Counted from the stretch's first letter, positions 9,035 through 17,784 are shown. The stretch: 37,278 bases of DNA from Candidatus Rokuibacteriota bacterium (GCA_044866005.1 JBIOTN010000166.1:1-37278); one strand, 5' to 3'. Notes: generated from the letters alone by a model not told the origin. Numbers and translations: made by a program.

Positions 9035-9069
9035 CCGTCGCATCTGGCCGGCTCGGTTCCGGGCCCGAC
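9024..9069. repeat. Family C short (internally deleted) palindromic element
   Basis: GCCGATAACCGTCGCA (9027-9042) is identical to 21743-21758; GCTCGGTTCCGGGCCCGAC (9051-9069) matches 21947-21965 at 17/19. Confidence 0.7.
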
Positions 9070-9094
9070 CGCAGCCTCTCGGCCAAAGCCGATG

Positions 9095-9100
9095 TAGAAT
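9095..9100 (+). promoter_or_regulatory. Putative -10 element for a leaderless wzm transcript
   Basis: TAGAAT 8 nt before the wzm ATG (9109), with no Shine-Dalgarno between them. Confidence 0.45.
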
Positions 9101-9108
9101 AAGCCTCC

Positions 9109-9915
9109 ATGGTCGCGCGGGTCGCCGAGCTCTATCGCTTCCGGGCGCTCATCCTCACGCTCGTCCTCCGCGAGCTGCGGGCGCGCTACCGAGGCTCGTT
9201 CCTCGGCTTCCTCTGGTCCTTCCTGAACCCGCTCCTCCTCATGCTGGTCTACGTGCTGGTCTTCGCCGTGTACCTCCGCGTGCCGATGGAGAAGTACGCG
9301 GTGTTCCTCTTCACCGGCCTCCTCCCGTGGCTGTGGTTCTCCTCTTCGCTGGCCCACGCCACCGGCGTGATCGTCGGGTCGGGCGCCCTGGTGAAGCGGG
9401 TCCTCTTCCCGGCGGAGATCCTCCCGCTGGTCTCGGTGCTGTCCAACCTGGCCAACCTGCTCCTCTCGTTGCCGCTGCTCTTCCTCTTCCTGCTGGTCTT
9501 CGGGATCCGGCCGGGGCCGGTCCTCGCGTTCCTGCCGCTGATCCTGGGGATCCAGCTCCTCCTGACGGTGGGCCTCGCCTTGCCGCTTTCCGCGCTCAAC
9601 GTGCACCTGCGCGACATCGAGCAGATCCTGTCCAATCTGCTCGTGCTGCTCTTCTTCCTCTCCCCCATCCTCTATCCCGTCTCCACCGTGCCGGTCACGC
9701 TCCGTCTGGGCGAGGTCTTCACCGTGCCCCTCCGACCGCTCTACTTCCTCAACCCGGTGGCGGGGCTGATCCAGGCGTACCAGAACGTCTTCTTCTTCGG
9801 CCGCGAGCCCCACTGGATCCACCTGGGGATGGTCACGGTCGTCGCCGCCGTCGCCTTCCTGGGCGGCTACTGGATCTTCGACCGGCTGCGCGACAGCCTC
9901 GCGGAGGAGGTCTGA
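9109..9915 (+). CDS. wzm: Polysaccharide ABC exporter permease (Wzm/RfbA/TagG type)
   Basis: RELRARYRGSFLGFLWSFLNPL, TGLLPWLWF, FPAEIL, RDIEQI, SPILYP, NPV; about six hydrophobic segments. Confidence 0.93.
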   Translation: MVARVAELYRFRALILTLVLRELRARYRGSFLGFLWSFLNPLLLMLVYVLVFAVYLRVPMEKYAVFLFTGLLPWLWFSSSLAHATGVIVGSGALVKRVLFPAEILPLVSVLSNLANLLLSLPLLFLFLLVFGIRPGPVLAFLPLILGIQLLLTVGLALPLSALNVHLRDIEQILSNLLVLLFFLSPILYPVSTVPVTLRLGEVFTVPLRPLYFLNPVAGLIQAYQNVFFFGREPHWIHLGMVTVVAAVAFLGGYWIFDRLRDSLAEEV

Positions 9916-9923
9916 AGGCTCCG

Positions 9924-11222
9924 ATGACCGCGCTCCGCCCGCCAGGCGGCGGCGAGGCTCTCGGAGCCGGCGCGGCGGCCGAGATCGCGGTCTCGGTCCG
10001 CGGCGTGTCCAAGCGGTTCCGGCTCTACCGCGGTCGGCAGGTCTTCACCGTGAAGGACCTCTTCGTCCGGGGCGGGCGCGGCGCGCTCTTCGCCGGCCAG
10101 GAGCACTGGGCGCTCCGGGACGTGAGCCTCGAGCTGCCGCGGGGACAGATGGTCGGGATCATCGGGTCCAACGGCTCCGGCAAGTCCACGCTGCTCAAGC
10201 TGATCGGGGGGATCCTCAAGCCCACCACGGGCTCGATCGGCGTGGCCGGCCGCGTGTCCGCGCTGATCGAGCTGGGCGCGGGCTTCCATCCCGAGTTCAC
10301 CGGGCGCGAGAACGTCTTCGTGAACGGCATCCTCCTCGGGCTCAGCCGGAGCGAGATCCGCGAGCGGTTCGACGACATCGTGGCGTTCGCCGGCCTGGAC
10401 GCGTTCATCGACAACCCGGTGAAGACGTACTCGTCGGGCATGTACATGCGCCTGGGGTTCGCGATCGCGGTGACCGTCGATCCGGACATCCTCCTCATCG
10501 ACGAGGTCCTGGCGGTCGGAGACGAGGCCTTCCAGCACAAGTGCGTGGGGAAGATCCAGGAGTTCAAGGCGCGCGGGAAGACGATCCTGCTCGTCTCCCA
10601 CGACCTGGGGGGCGTCGAGCGGCTGTGCGACCGGGCGGTCTGGCTCGACGGCGGGCGGGTGGCCGCGCACGGCGGCACCCGGGAGACCATCGACCGCTAC
10701 CTCAATCACGTGGCGCGCCAGGAGGCCCAGGCGCTGGGGGCCGAGCACCGCGCGGCGGAGGCGGCCGCGGCCGCCGGCAGTGCGCACCGGTGGGGCAGCC
10801 GGGAAGTCGAGATCACGAGCGTCCGCCTCACCGACGGGGCCGGCCAGGAGCGCTACCTCTACGACAGCGGCGAGGCCTGCGCCATCCGCCTCGCGTTCCG
10901 CGCCCAGCGCCCGGTGGAGGACCCCGTCTTCGGCATCGGGATCTTCCGCAAGGACGGCGTCTGCTGCTACGGCACGAACACGGCCATCGACGGGCTCGCC
11001 TGGGGGAAGGTATCGGGCGACGGCGAGCTGAGGGTGGAGATCGGCCGGCTCGACCTCGTGGAGGGCGAATACCTGCTCGACGTGGCCGTGCACGCCCGCG
11101 ACGGCCACCCCTACGACTACCACAGCCGCCTCTACGCGTTCGCCGTGCGCTCGCGCGTCCGCGACACCGGGATCGTGCGCCTGCCGCACGAATGGCGGCT
11201 CCACGAGGGCGGGGGGCGGTAG
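9924..11222 (+). CDS. wzt: Polysaccharide ABC exporter ATPase with C-terminal Wzt_C carbohydrate-binding domain
   Basis: GSNGSGKST Walker A, YSSGM signature, LIDEVLAVGD Walker B, VSH; C-terminal Ig-like extension (RWGSREVEI...FGIGI...YGTNT...GEYLLDVAV). Confidence 0.93.
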   Translation: MTALRPPGGGEALGAGAAAEIAVSVRGVSKRFRLYRGRQVFTVKDLFVRGGRGALFAGQEHWALRDVSLELPRGQMVGIIGSNGSGKSTLLKLIGGILKPTTGSIGVAGRVSALIELGAGFHPEFTGRENVFVNGILLGLSRSEIRERFDDIVAFAGLDAFIDNPVKTYSSGMYMRLGFAIAVTVDPDILLIDEVLAVGDEAFQHKCVGKIQEFKARGKTILLVSHDLGGVERLCDRAVWLDGGRVAAHGGTRETIDRYLNHVARQEAQALGAEHRAAEAAAAAGSAHRWGSREVEITSVRLTDGAGQERYLYDSGEACAIRLAFRAQRPVEDPVFGIGIFRKDGVCCYGTNTAIDGLAWGKVSGDGELRVEIGRLDLVEGEYLLDVAVHARDGHPYDYHSRLYAFAVRSRVRDTGIVRLPHEWRLHEGGGR

Positions 11223-11223
11223 C

Positions 11224-12525
11224 GTGGCGGAGGAACGGGGGGCCGACGTCGGGCAGCTGATGGAGGAGATCAAGGAGCGCGTCCGGCAGCGCCGGGCGTC
11301 CGGGTTCTACTCGGAGGAGGAAGTCCGGCGGATCGCCCAGATGGAGCTCGAGATGACCGAGGCCGTCCCGGGCTTCCAGGGCGAGCTCGAGCAGCACCTG
11401 GCCGCGCTGAACGACGGCTGGGATACCGCGGCCGAGCCCGCGATCTCCTCCCACCGCCGCGGGCTCGGGCCGCTCATCGTGGGCGCGAAGCGCCTGCTGC
11501 GCCGGCTGACCCGGCCCTACATCACGCTCGTGCTCGCCCGGCAGGTCGACTTCAACAGCCGGCTCCTGCACCTCCTCAACGCCTTCGTCCTGCCCATGCG
11601 CGACCAGCTCTCCGGAATCCAGCGGCGGGGCGAAGAGCTGTCCCTGACGGTACACGAGCGGCTGACGGTGGAGCACGCCGAGGCGCTCCGGCGGCACCGC
11701 GAGCTGTGCCAGCGCGTGGACGGCTTGCTCGCCGAGCTGGGGGCGGTGCGCGCGGCGCTCGATCGGGTCCGGCGCCCCCAGGCCCTGCCGGCCCGCCCCC
11801 GCGAGCCTGCCCTCCCCCCGGGCGCGGGCGCGCTGCCGGCCGAGGCGTACCTCGCGTTCGAGGACCGGCACCGCGGGAGCCGCGAGGAGATCCGCCAGCG
11901 CCAGCGCGCCTACCTCGAGCTCGTCACGGCCGGCCCGGTGCTCGACGTCGGCTGCGGCCGCGGCGAGTTCCTCGAGCTCTGCCGCGAGGCGAAGCTCGAG
12001 GCGCGCGGCCTCGACCTGGACCCGGCCATGGTGGCGACGTGTCGCGAGGCCGGCCTCGAGGTCGAGCAGGCCGATGCCCTCGCCTATCTCGGCGCGCTCC
12101 CCGACGGCTCGCTCGGCGCGGTCTTCTGTGCCCAGGTGATCGAGCACTTGCCGCCGGAGGGCCTCATCGCCCTGGTCCGCCTGGCGCACGCGAAGCTCCG
12201 GCCGGGCGGCGTCCTGATCTGCGAGACGCCCAACCCGGCGTGCCTGACCGTCTTCTCGGGCGCCTTCTACGTCGACCTCACCCACGTCAAGCCGATCCAC
12301 CCGCAAGCGGCCGTGTTCGTCTTCGAGGCGGCCGGCTTCCGCGAGGTCGAGGTGCGGTACGTGAACCCGTACCCGCCCGAGATGCGGCTCCAGCCGCTCG
12401 AGCCGCTCTGGTACATGCGGCGGTACGAGGAGGCCTTCCTCCAGGCGATCAACGACAACTTCGCGCGGCTGAACGACCTCCTGTGGGGCGCGCAGGACTA
12501 TGCCGTGATCGGCCGCAAGCCGTGA
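11224..12525 (+). CDS. Class I SAM-dependent methyltransferase with N-terminal coiled coil (candidate glycan chain terminator)
   Basis: YLAFEDRHRGS, VLDVGCGRGEF, QVIEHL, ETPNP, DLTH, QDYAVIG; helical N-terminal half; directly follows wzt. Confidence 0.85.
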   Translation: MAEERGADVGQLMEEIKERVRQRRASGFYSEEEVRRIAQMELEMTEAVPGFQGELEQHLAALNDGWDTAAEPAISSHRRGLGPLIVGAKRLLRRLTRPYITLVLARQVDFNSRLLHLLNAFVLPMRDQLSGIQRRGEELSLTVHERLTVEHAEALRRHRELCQRVDGLLAELGAVRAALDRVRRPQALPARPREPALPPGAGALPAEAYLAFEDRHRGSREEIRQRQRAYLELVTAGPVLDVGCGRGEFLELCREAKLEARGLDLDPAMVATCREAGLEVEQADALAYLGALPDGSLGAVFCAQVIEHLPPEGLIALVRLAHAKLRPGGVLICETPNPACLTVFSGAFYVDLTHVKPIHPQAAVFVFEAAGFREVEVRYVNPYPPEMRLQPLEPLWYMRRYEEAFLQAINDNFARLNDLLWGAQDYAVIGRKP

Positions 12526-12550
12526 CGGGCTCGGCAAGCGCGGGTCGCCG

Positions 12551-12668
12551 GCCGCGGGTGGCGCCGCACGCCGTGGCCGGCTCGCCGCGGGTCCTGTCGC
12601 CGGTCGCTTCGGCTCGCCGCGGGTGGCGCCGCACGCCGTGGCCGGCTCGCCGCGGGTCCTGTCGCCGG
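12551..12668. repeat. Exact 53-bp direct duplication built from family A end sequences
   Basis: GCCGCGGGTGGCGCCGCACGCCGTGGCCGGCTCGCCGCGGGTCCTGTCGCCGG at 12551-12603 and 12616-12668. Confidence 0.85.
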
Positions 12669-12802
12669 CTTGCCCCGGTCCGGCCGGGCTCCGTCACCCG
12701 TTCGCGCCCTCCCGCCGCTCTGGCCACCTGCGGGAGGAGCACGAAGGGGTCCCACTGCGCCCGGCCGGCTGCGGGGCGCCGCCGGCGCCACCCGCGGCGA
12801 GC
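12645..12802 (-). repeat. Family A palindromic repeat, copy 2 (inverted orientation)
   Basis: Reverse complement aligns end to end with 7885-8038; terminal stem GCTCGCCGCGGGT/ACCCGCGGCGAGC. Confidence 0.9.
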
Positions 12803-12873
12803 GGGGGCGACGGCGTTGCGATCAGCCGGCGCCAGGACCCGTAGCGAGCGGCGGTCGGAACGCGAGGCGTGAC

Positions 12874-14046
12874 GTGAAGGTGGCGTTCGTGGTGCCGCGG
12901 TACGGGGACGACATCGTCGGCGGCGCCGAGACCCTCACGCGCGGCCTCGCCGAGCACCTCGCCGCCGCCGGCGTGGCCGTCGAAGTGGTGACGACGTGCG
13001 CCCGCGATCACCTCACCTGGAAGAACGCCTGGCGACGCGGGACCCGGGTCGAGCGCGGCGTCACGGTCCGGCGCTTCCCCGTCCGCCCGCGCAACGAGCG
13101 CCGGTTCAGCTGGCTCCAGCAGCGCATCCTGACGGGGAGCCGGCTCAGCCCCGAGGAGGAGCGCCGGTGGGCGGAGGAGTCGGTGCCGAGCCCGGACCTC
13201 CACGCCCACCTCGACGCCCACGGCGCGGCGCACGACGTGGTGTGCTTCGCGCCCTACCTGTTCGGCACCACGCTCCTGGGGCTCCCGCGCGTCGCCGGGC
13301 GCGCCGTCCTCATGCCCTGCCTTCACGACGAGCCGTTCGCGCACCTGGGCGTGGTGCAGGCGGCGTTCGACGCCTCGCGCGGGTTCATCTTCAACTCGGC
13401 GCCGGAGGCCGCGCTCGCCCAGAAGCTCTACGGCCTGGGTGACCGCCCCTGGGGGGTCGTCGGGCTCGGCTTCGATCCGCCGGCACCGACCGACCCGGAC
13501 GCCTTCCGGCGCCGGCACGGGCTGGCCGGCCCGCTCCTCGTCTACCTGGGTCGCAAGGAGACCGGGAAGAACGTCCATCTCCTCGTCGAGTACCTCCGGC
13601 GATACCGCGAGACCCACCGCCGGGAGGTGACGCTCGTCCTCGCCGGCGAAGGGCCGGTGTCCGCGCCCCCCGGCAGCGACGGGATCCGTGACCTCGGCTA
13701 CCTCGACCCAGCCGCCAAGGCCGCCGCCTACGCGGCGGCGACGGTGGTCTGCCAGCCCTCCCTCAACGAGTCCTTTTCCATCGTGCTGATGGAAGCATGG
13801 CTCGCCGGTACGCCGGTCCTCGTCCACGCCGACTGCGCCGTCACGACTCACCACGTCGTTCGCGCGGGCGGCGGGCTCGCCTTCGGCGACTTCTACGAGT
13901 TCGCCGAGGCGCTCACCCTCCTCCTCGAGGACGCGGCGCTGCGCCAGACGCTGGCGAGGCGCGGCCGCGCCTACGTCGAGGCCGAGTACGGCTGGCCCGT
14001 GGTGACCGCGCGCCTTCGCGACATGCTGGAGCGGCTCGTTGCCTGA
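12874..14046 (+). CDS. GT4-family (GT-B) glycosyltransferase
   Basis: VKVAFVVPRYG..GGAE, TTCARD, PCLHDE, YLGRK..GKN, PSLNESFSIVLMEAW (EX7E). Confidence 0.9.
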   Translation: MKVAFVVPRYGDDIVGGAETLTRGLAEHLAAAGVAVEVVTTCARDHLTWKNAWRRGTRVERGVTVRRFPVRPRNERRFSWLQQRILTGSRLSPEEERRWAEESVPSPDLHAHLDAHGAAHDVVCFAPYLFGTTLLGLPRVAGRAVLMPCLHDEPFAHLGVVQAAFDASRGFIFNSAPEAALAQKLYGLGDRPWGVVGLGFDPPAPTDPDAFRRRHGLAGPLLVYLGRKETGKNVHLLVEYLRRYRETHRREVTLVLAGEGPVSAPPGSDGIRDLGYLDPAAKAAAYAAATVVCQPSLNESFSIVLMEAWLAGTPVLVHADCAVTTHHVVRAGGGLAFGDFYEFAEALTLLLEDAALRQTLARRGRAYVEAEYGWPVVTARLRDMLERLVA

Positions 14047-15232
14047 GACGCTGGCCTTCGTCACCCCGTGGTACGGCGCCGGCATCCCGGGCGGAGCGGA
14101 GGCCGAGTGCCGGGCGACGGCGCGGGCGCTCGCCGCGCGCGGCGTCCCGGTCGAGATCCTGACCACCTGCGCCCGCGACCACGCCTCGGAGTGGGCGGAC
14201 CACCACCCCGAGGGCCGTGGCGAGGACGACGGCCTCCCGGTCCGGCGCTTCAAGGTGCGGCCGCGCGACGCCGAGCGCTATCTCCGCCTCCACTGGCGGC
14301 TTCAGCTCGGCGGCAGCCTCTCCTCCTGGGAAGAAGAGGAGTTCGTCCGGGAGTCGATCAACTCGAACGACCTCTACGCCTATCTGACGGCGGAGCGCGA
14401 CCGGTACTGGTACGCGTTCATTCCCTACTGCTTCGGCACGACGTGGGAGGGCGCGCTCGCGGCGCCCGACCGCTCGGTCCTGGTCCCGTGCCTCCACGAC
14501 GAGCCGTTCGCCCGGCTCATGTGGACCCGCCGGGTCCTCCGTGCGCTCCGGGGCGTGCTCTTCCACGTTCCGGCGGAGCGCACGCTCGGCGCGGCGGTCG
14601 CGGGCGGCGACCCGGGCAACTTCTACCTGGTCGGCGAGGGCGTGGACACCGCCGTGTCGGGCGACGGGACCCGCTTCCGCCGGAAGTACCGGATCGACGA
14701 GCCGTTCCTCCTCTATGCCGGACGGAAGGCCCGCGAGAAGAACACGCCGCTCCTGGTCGAGTACTACGCCCGGTACCGCTTCACGCACCCGGAGAGCCCG
14801 CTCCGGCTCGTCCTGATCGGCGGGGGCGGCGTGCGCGTGCCCGAGCGGCTCGGCCGCGACGTCCTGGATCTCGGCTGGGTGGCGGCCCAGGACAAGCTCG
14901 ACGCCTACGCGGCCGCGCTCGCGCTCTGCCAGCCCTCGCTGATGGAGAGCTTCTCCATCGTGATGATGGAGGCGTGGCTCTGCGGGACGCCCGTGCTGGT
15001 CCACGCCGGCTGCGCGGTGACGCGGGAGCACTGCCTCGCGGCGAACGGGGGTCTCTTCTTCGGCGAGTACTTCGAATTCGTCGAGGCCCTGGAGCTCCTG
15101 CTGGGGGACGCCGGCCTGCGCCGGCGCCTCGCGGCGAACGGGCGAGCGTACGTCCTCGCGAACTTCACCTGGGACCGCGTGACGGCCAATTACCTCGACG
15201 TCCTCCGCCGGCTGGGCGCGCGGGTGGGGTGA
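14039..15232 (+). CDS. GT4-family glycosyltransferase
   Basis: AFVTPWYG..GGAE, TTCARD, PCLHDE, YAGRK..KN, PSLMESFSIVMMEAW; TTG start overlaps the upstream stop. Confidence 0.9.
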   Translation: MPETLAFVTPWYGAGIPGGAEAECRATARALAARGVPVEILTTCARDHASEWADHHPEGRGEDDGLPVRRFKVRPRDAERYLRLHWRLQLGGSLSSWEEEEFVRESINSNDLYAYLTAERDRYWYAFIPYCFGTTWEGALAAPDRSVLVPCLHDEPFARLMWTRRVLRALRGVLFHVPAERTLGAAVAGGDPGNFYLVGEGVDTAVSGDGTRFRRKYRIDEPFLLYAGRKAREKNTPLLVEYYARYRFTHPESPLRLVLIGGGGVRVPERLGRDVLDLGWVAAQDKLDAYAAALALCQPSLMESFSIVMMEAWLCGTPVLVHAGCAVTREHCLAANGGLFFGEYFEFVEALELLLGDAGLRRRLAANGRAYVLANFTWDRVTANYLDVLRRLGARVG

Positions 15233-16320
15233 GGCGGCCGGTGGGCTCCGTGCACCAGCTCCTCTCCAACTACGACTACGGGGACGCCATCGGCAACCAC
15301 GCCCGGGCCCTGCGCGCGCTCCTCCGCCGCTGGGGATACGCCTCGGAGATCTACGCCCAGTACATCCACGAGGGCCTCGCCCGCGACGCCCGCTTCTACA
15401 CGCGGTACCGTGAGGCGTCCGCACCCGGCAACATCCTGCTCTTCCATTTCTCCATCGGCTCCGACGTCACCAGCTTCTTCGCCGGGCTGCCGGACCGGAA
15501 GGTCCTCGTCTACCACAACATCACCCCGGCCGAGTACTTCGTCGGGGTCAATGCCCGGGTGGCCGACCGCTGCCGGCGCGGGCGCTGGGAGCTGGAACGC
15601 CTCGCCGCGGTGACGGACCTGGCTCTCGGCGTCTCCGAGTTCAACCGGCGGGAGCTCGAGGCCGCAGGCTTCCGTCGGACGGGGGTCCTGCCGGTCCTCC
15701 TCGACGAGACGAGCTACGCGCTGCCGCCCGTGCCGGCCCTCCAGCAGGCGTACGGGCAGGGCACGAACCTGCTCTTCGTCGGCCGGGTCGCGCCGAACAA
15801 GCGGGTCGAGCACCTCCTGAAGACCTATTACTTCTACCGGCGGCTCGACCCGGGCAGCCGGCTGCTCGTCGTGGGCACGGCGGTCGACACCGAAGGCTAC
15901 CTCGCGGGCTGCCAGAAGCTCGCGGCCGAGCTCGGCGTCCTCGACGGCGTCGTCTTCACGGGCCCCGTGCCTCAGGCGGAGCTCGTCACCTACTACCGGC
16001 TGGCGTCGGTCTACCTCTCGCTCTCCGAGCACGAGGGGTTCTGCGTGCCGCTCCTCGAGGCGATGCGGTTCGGCGTCCCCATCGTCGCCTACGCCGCGGC
16101 CGGCGTGCCGGAGACCATGGGCGCCGCGGGCGTGCTGGTCGGCGAGAAGGACTTCCCCACGCTGGCCGAGCTGATCCACCGCGTGGCGACGGAGCCCGCG
16201 CTCCGCGAGCGGCTCGTCGCGGGCCAGCGCGAGCGGCTTCAGGCCTTCGACGCCGCCGCCGTCGGCGCCCGATTGCACGGCTACCTCGAGGAGCTCGCCG
16301 CCTCGGAGGCGCTCCGGTGA
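15229..16320 (+). CDS. GT4-family glycosyltransferase
   Basis: HQLL..YGDAIGN, YHNITP, FVGRVAPNK, SEHEGFCVPLLEAM; GTG 15229 overlaps the upstream TGA. Confidence 0.9.
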   Translation: MRRPVGSVHQLLSNYDYGDAIGNHARALRALLRRWGYASEIYAQYIHEGLARDARFYTRYREASAPGNILLFHFSIGSDVTSFFAGLPDRKVLVYHNITPAEYFVGVNARVADRCRRGRWELERLAAVTDLALGVSEFNRRELEAAGFRRTGVLPVLLDETSYALPPVPALQQAYGQGTNLLFVGRVAPNKRVEHLLKTYYFYRRLDPGSRLLVVGTAVDTEGYLAGCQKLAAELGVLDGVVFTGPVPQAELVTYYRLASVYLSLSEHEGFCVPLLEAMRFGVPIVAYAAAGVPETMGAAGVLVGEKDFPTLAELIHRVATEPALRERLVAGQRERLQAFDAAAVGARLHGYLEELAASEALR

Positions 16321-16326
16321 ACGCCC

Positions 16327-16490
16327 TGCCGCCGCCGCGGGTGGCGCCGGCGCTGCCCCGCAGCCGGCCGGGCGAAGTGGGACCCCTTCGCGCTCCTTCC
16401 GCGGTTCGCCAGAACTGCGGAAGGGCGCGAACGGGTGACGGAGCCCGGCCGGACCGGGGCGAGCCGGCGACAGGACCCGCGGCGGCGGCA
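16327..16490 (+). repeat. Family A palindromic repeat, copy 3
   Basis: 16-bp terminal stem TGCCGCCGCCGCGGGT/ACCCGCGGCGGCGGCA; interior nearly identical to 7885-8038. Confidence 0.9.
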
Positions 16491-16513
16491 CCGGGCCCAC
16501 CGAGGCCCCAGGA

Positions 16514-17764
16514 ATGAGGCGCCTCCGGCTCGCCTTCGTGGTCCAGCGCTACGGCCCCGAGATCGACGGGGGCGCCGAGTACGAGTGCCGGCGCGTCGCG
16601 GAGGCCCTGGTCCCGCACCACGACATCGAGGTCCTCACGACCTGCGCGCGCGACTACCTGACCTGGCGGAACGTCTATCCGCCCGGGCTCACCACCGTCA
16701 ACGGCGTCCGGGTCCGGCGCTTCCCCGTGGACCGGCCGCGGCGGGTCCGCGCCTTCGGCCGCTATGCCGACTGGCTCTACGCGCATCCCCACACGTTCTT
16801 CGACGAGGCGGAGTGGGTCCGGCGCCAGGGGCCGCTCGCCCTGTCGCTCGTCGAGTGGATCCGCACCCACGCCGGCGATCACGACGGCTTCGTCTTCTTC
16901 ACGTACCTCTACCTCCCGACCCTCCTCGGGCTGCCGCTCGTCGCGGACCGGGCCGTCCTGGTCCCGACGGCGCACGACGAGCGCCCCATCTACCTCGACC
17001 TCTTCCGCGGCCTCTTCCGGCTCCCGCGGGCGCTCGTCTTCCAGGTCGAGGAGGAGCAGGCCTTCGTCGAGTCACGCTTCCACACGGAGCACCTCCCGTC
17101 CGCGGTGATCGGCGCGGGGGTGGACGCCGTGGCCGACGCCCAGCCCGACCGCTTCCGGCGGCAGGCCGGCGTCGCCGGCCCCTACCTCCTCTACGTCGGC
17201 CGCGTGGACGTGGAAAAGGGCTGCCGCGAGCTCCTCGATGCCTTCCTCGCCTGGCGCACCCGCCAGGACGCGAGCGCGGGAGCCGTGCGCGCCCGGGGCG
17301 CGGCGCCGCGATCGGTCACCGGGGAGTCGCTCACGCTGGTCCTGATGGGGACGGTCGCCATGCGGCTCCCGCGCCACCCGGCCGTCGTCGCGCTCGGCTT
17401 CCGGCCCGAGGCGGAGAAGTGGGACGCCTTGACCGGCGCCACCGCCCTCGTCATGCCGTCGCCTCACGAGAGCTTTTCGTTCGTGATCCTCGAAGCCTGG
17501 GCGCAGGGGACGCCCGTCCTCGCGACCGCGCGCTCGGCCGTGCTCCGGGGGCACGTCGAGCGGAGCGGCGGCGGCCTCCTCTACGACGGGACGGGGCCGG
17601 GCTTCGCCGCCGGCCTCGACGCCCTGCTGGCCGACGACGGGCTCCGCAAGGCGCTGGGAGAGCGCGGCCGGGCGTACGTCGAGGCCCGCTATCGCTGGCC
17701 GACGATCACCCGGCGCTACCTCGACTTCCTCTCCCGCGTCTTCCCTGACCATGTGGCTGGTTGA
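16514..17764 (+). CDS. GT4-family glycosyltransferase
   Basis: LAFVVQRYG..GGAE, TTCARDY, PTAHDE, YVGRVDVEKG, PSPHESFSFVILEAW. Confidence 0.9.
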   Translation: MRRLRLAFVVQRYGPEIDGGAEYECRRVAEALVPHHDIEVLTTCARDYLTWRNVYPPGLTTVNGVRVRRFPVDRPRRVRAFGRYADWLYAHPHTFFDEAEWVRRQGPLALSLVEWIRTHAGDHDGFVFFTYLYLPTLLGLPLVADRAVLVPTAHDERPIYLDLFRGLFRLPRALVFQVEEEQAFVESRFHTEHLPSAVIGAGVDAVADAQPDRFRRQAGVAGPYLLYVGRVDVEKGCRELLDAFLAWRTRQDASAGAVRARGAAPRSVTGESLTLVLMGTVAMRLPRHPAVVALGFRPEAEKWDALTGATALVMPSPHESFSFVILEAWAQGTPVLATARSAVLRGHVERSGGGLLYDGTGPGFAAGLDALLADDGLRKALGERGRAYVEARYRWPTITRRYLDFLSRVFPDHVAG

Positions 17765-17784
17765 TCGCGCGCCTGGTCAAGGGA

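Noticed and set aside
12551..12668. Direct repeats as a mini CRISPR array
   Set aside because: Only two 53-bp units with a 12-bp spacer, derived from family A ends; no cas genes.
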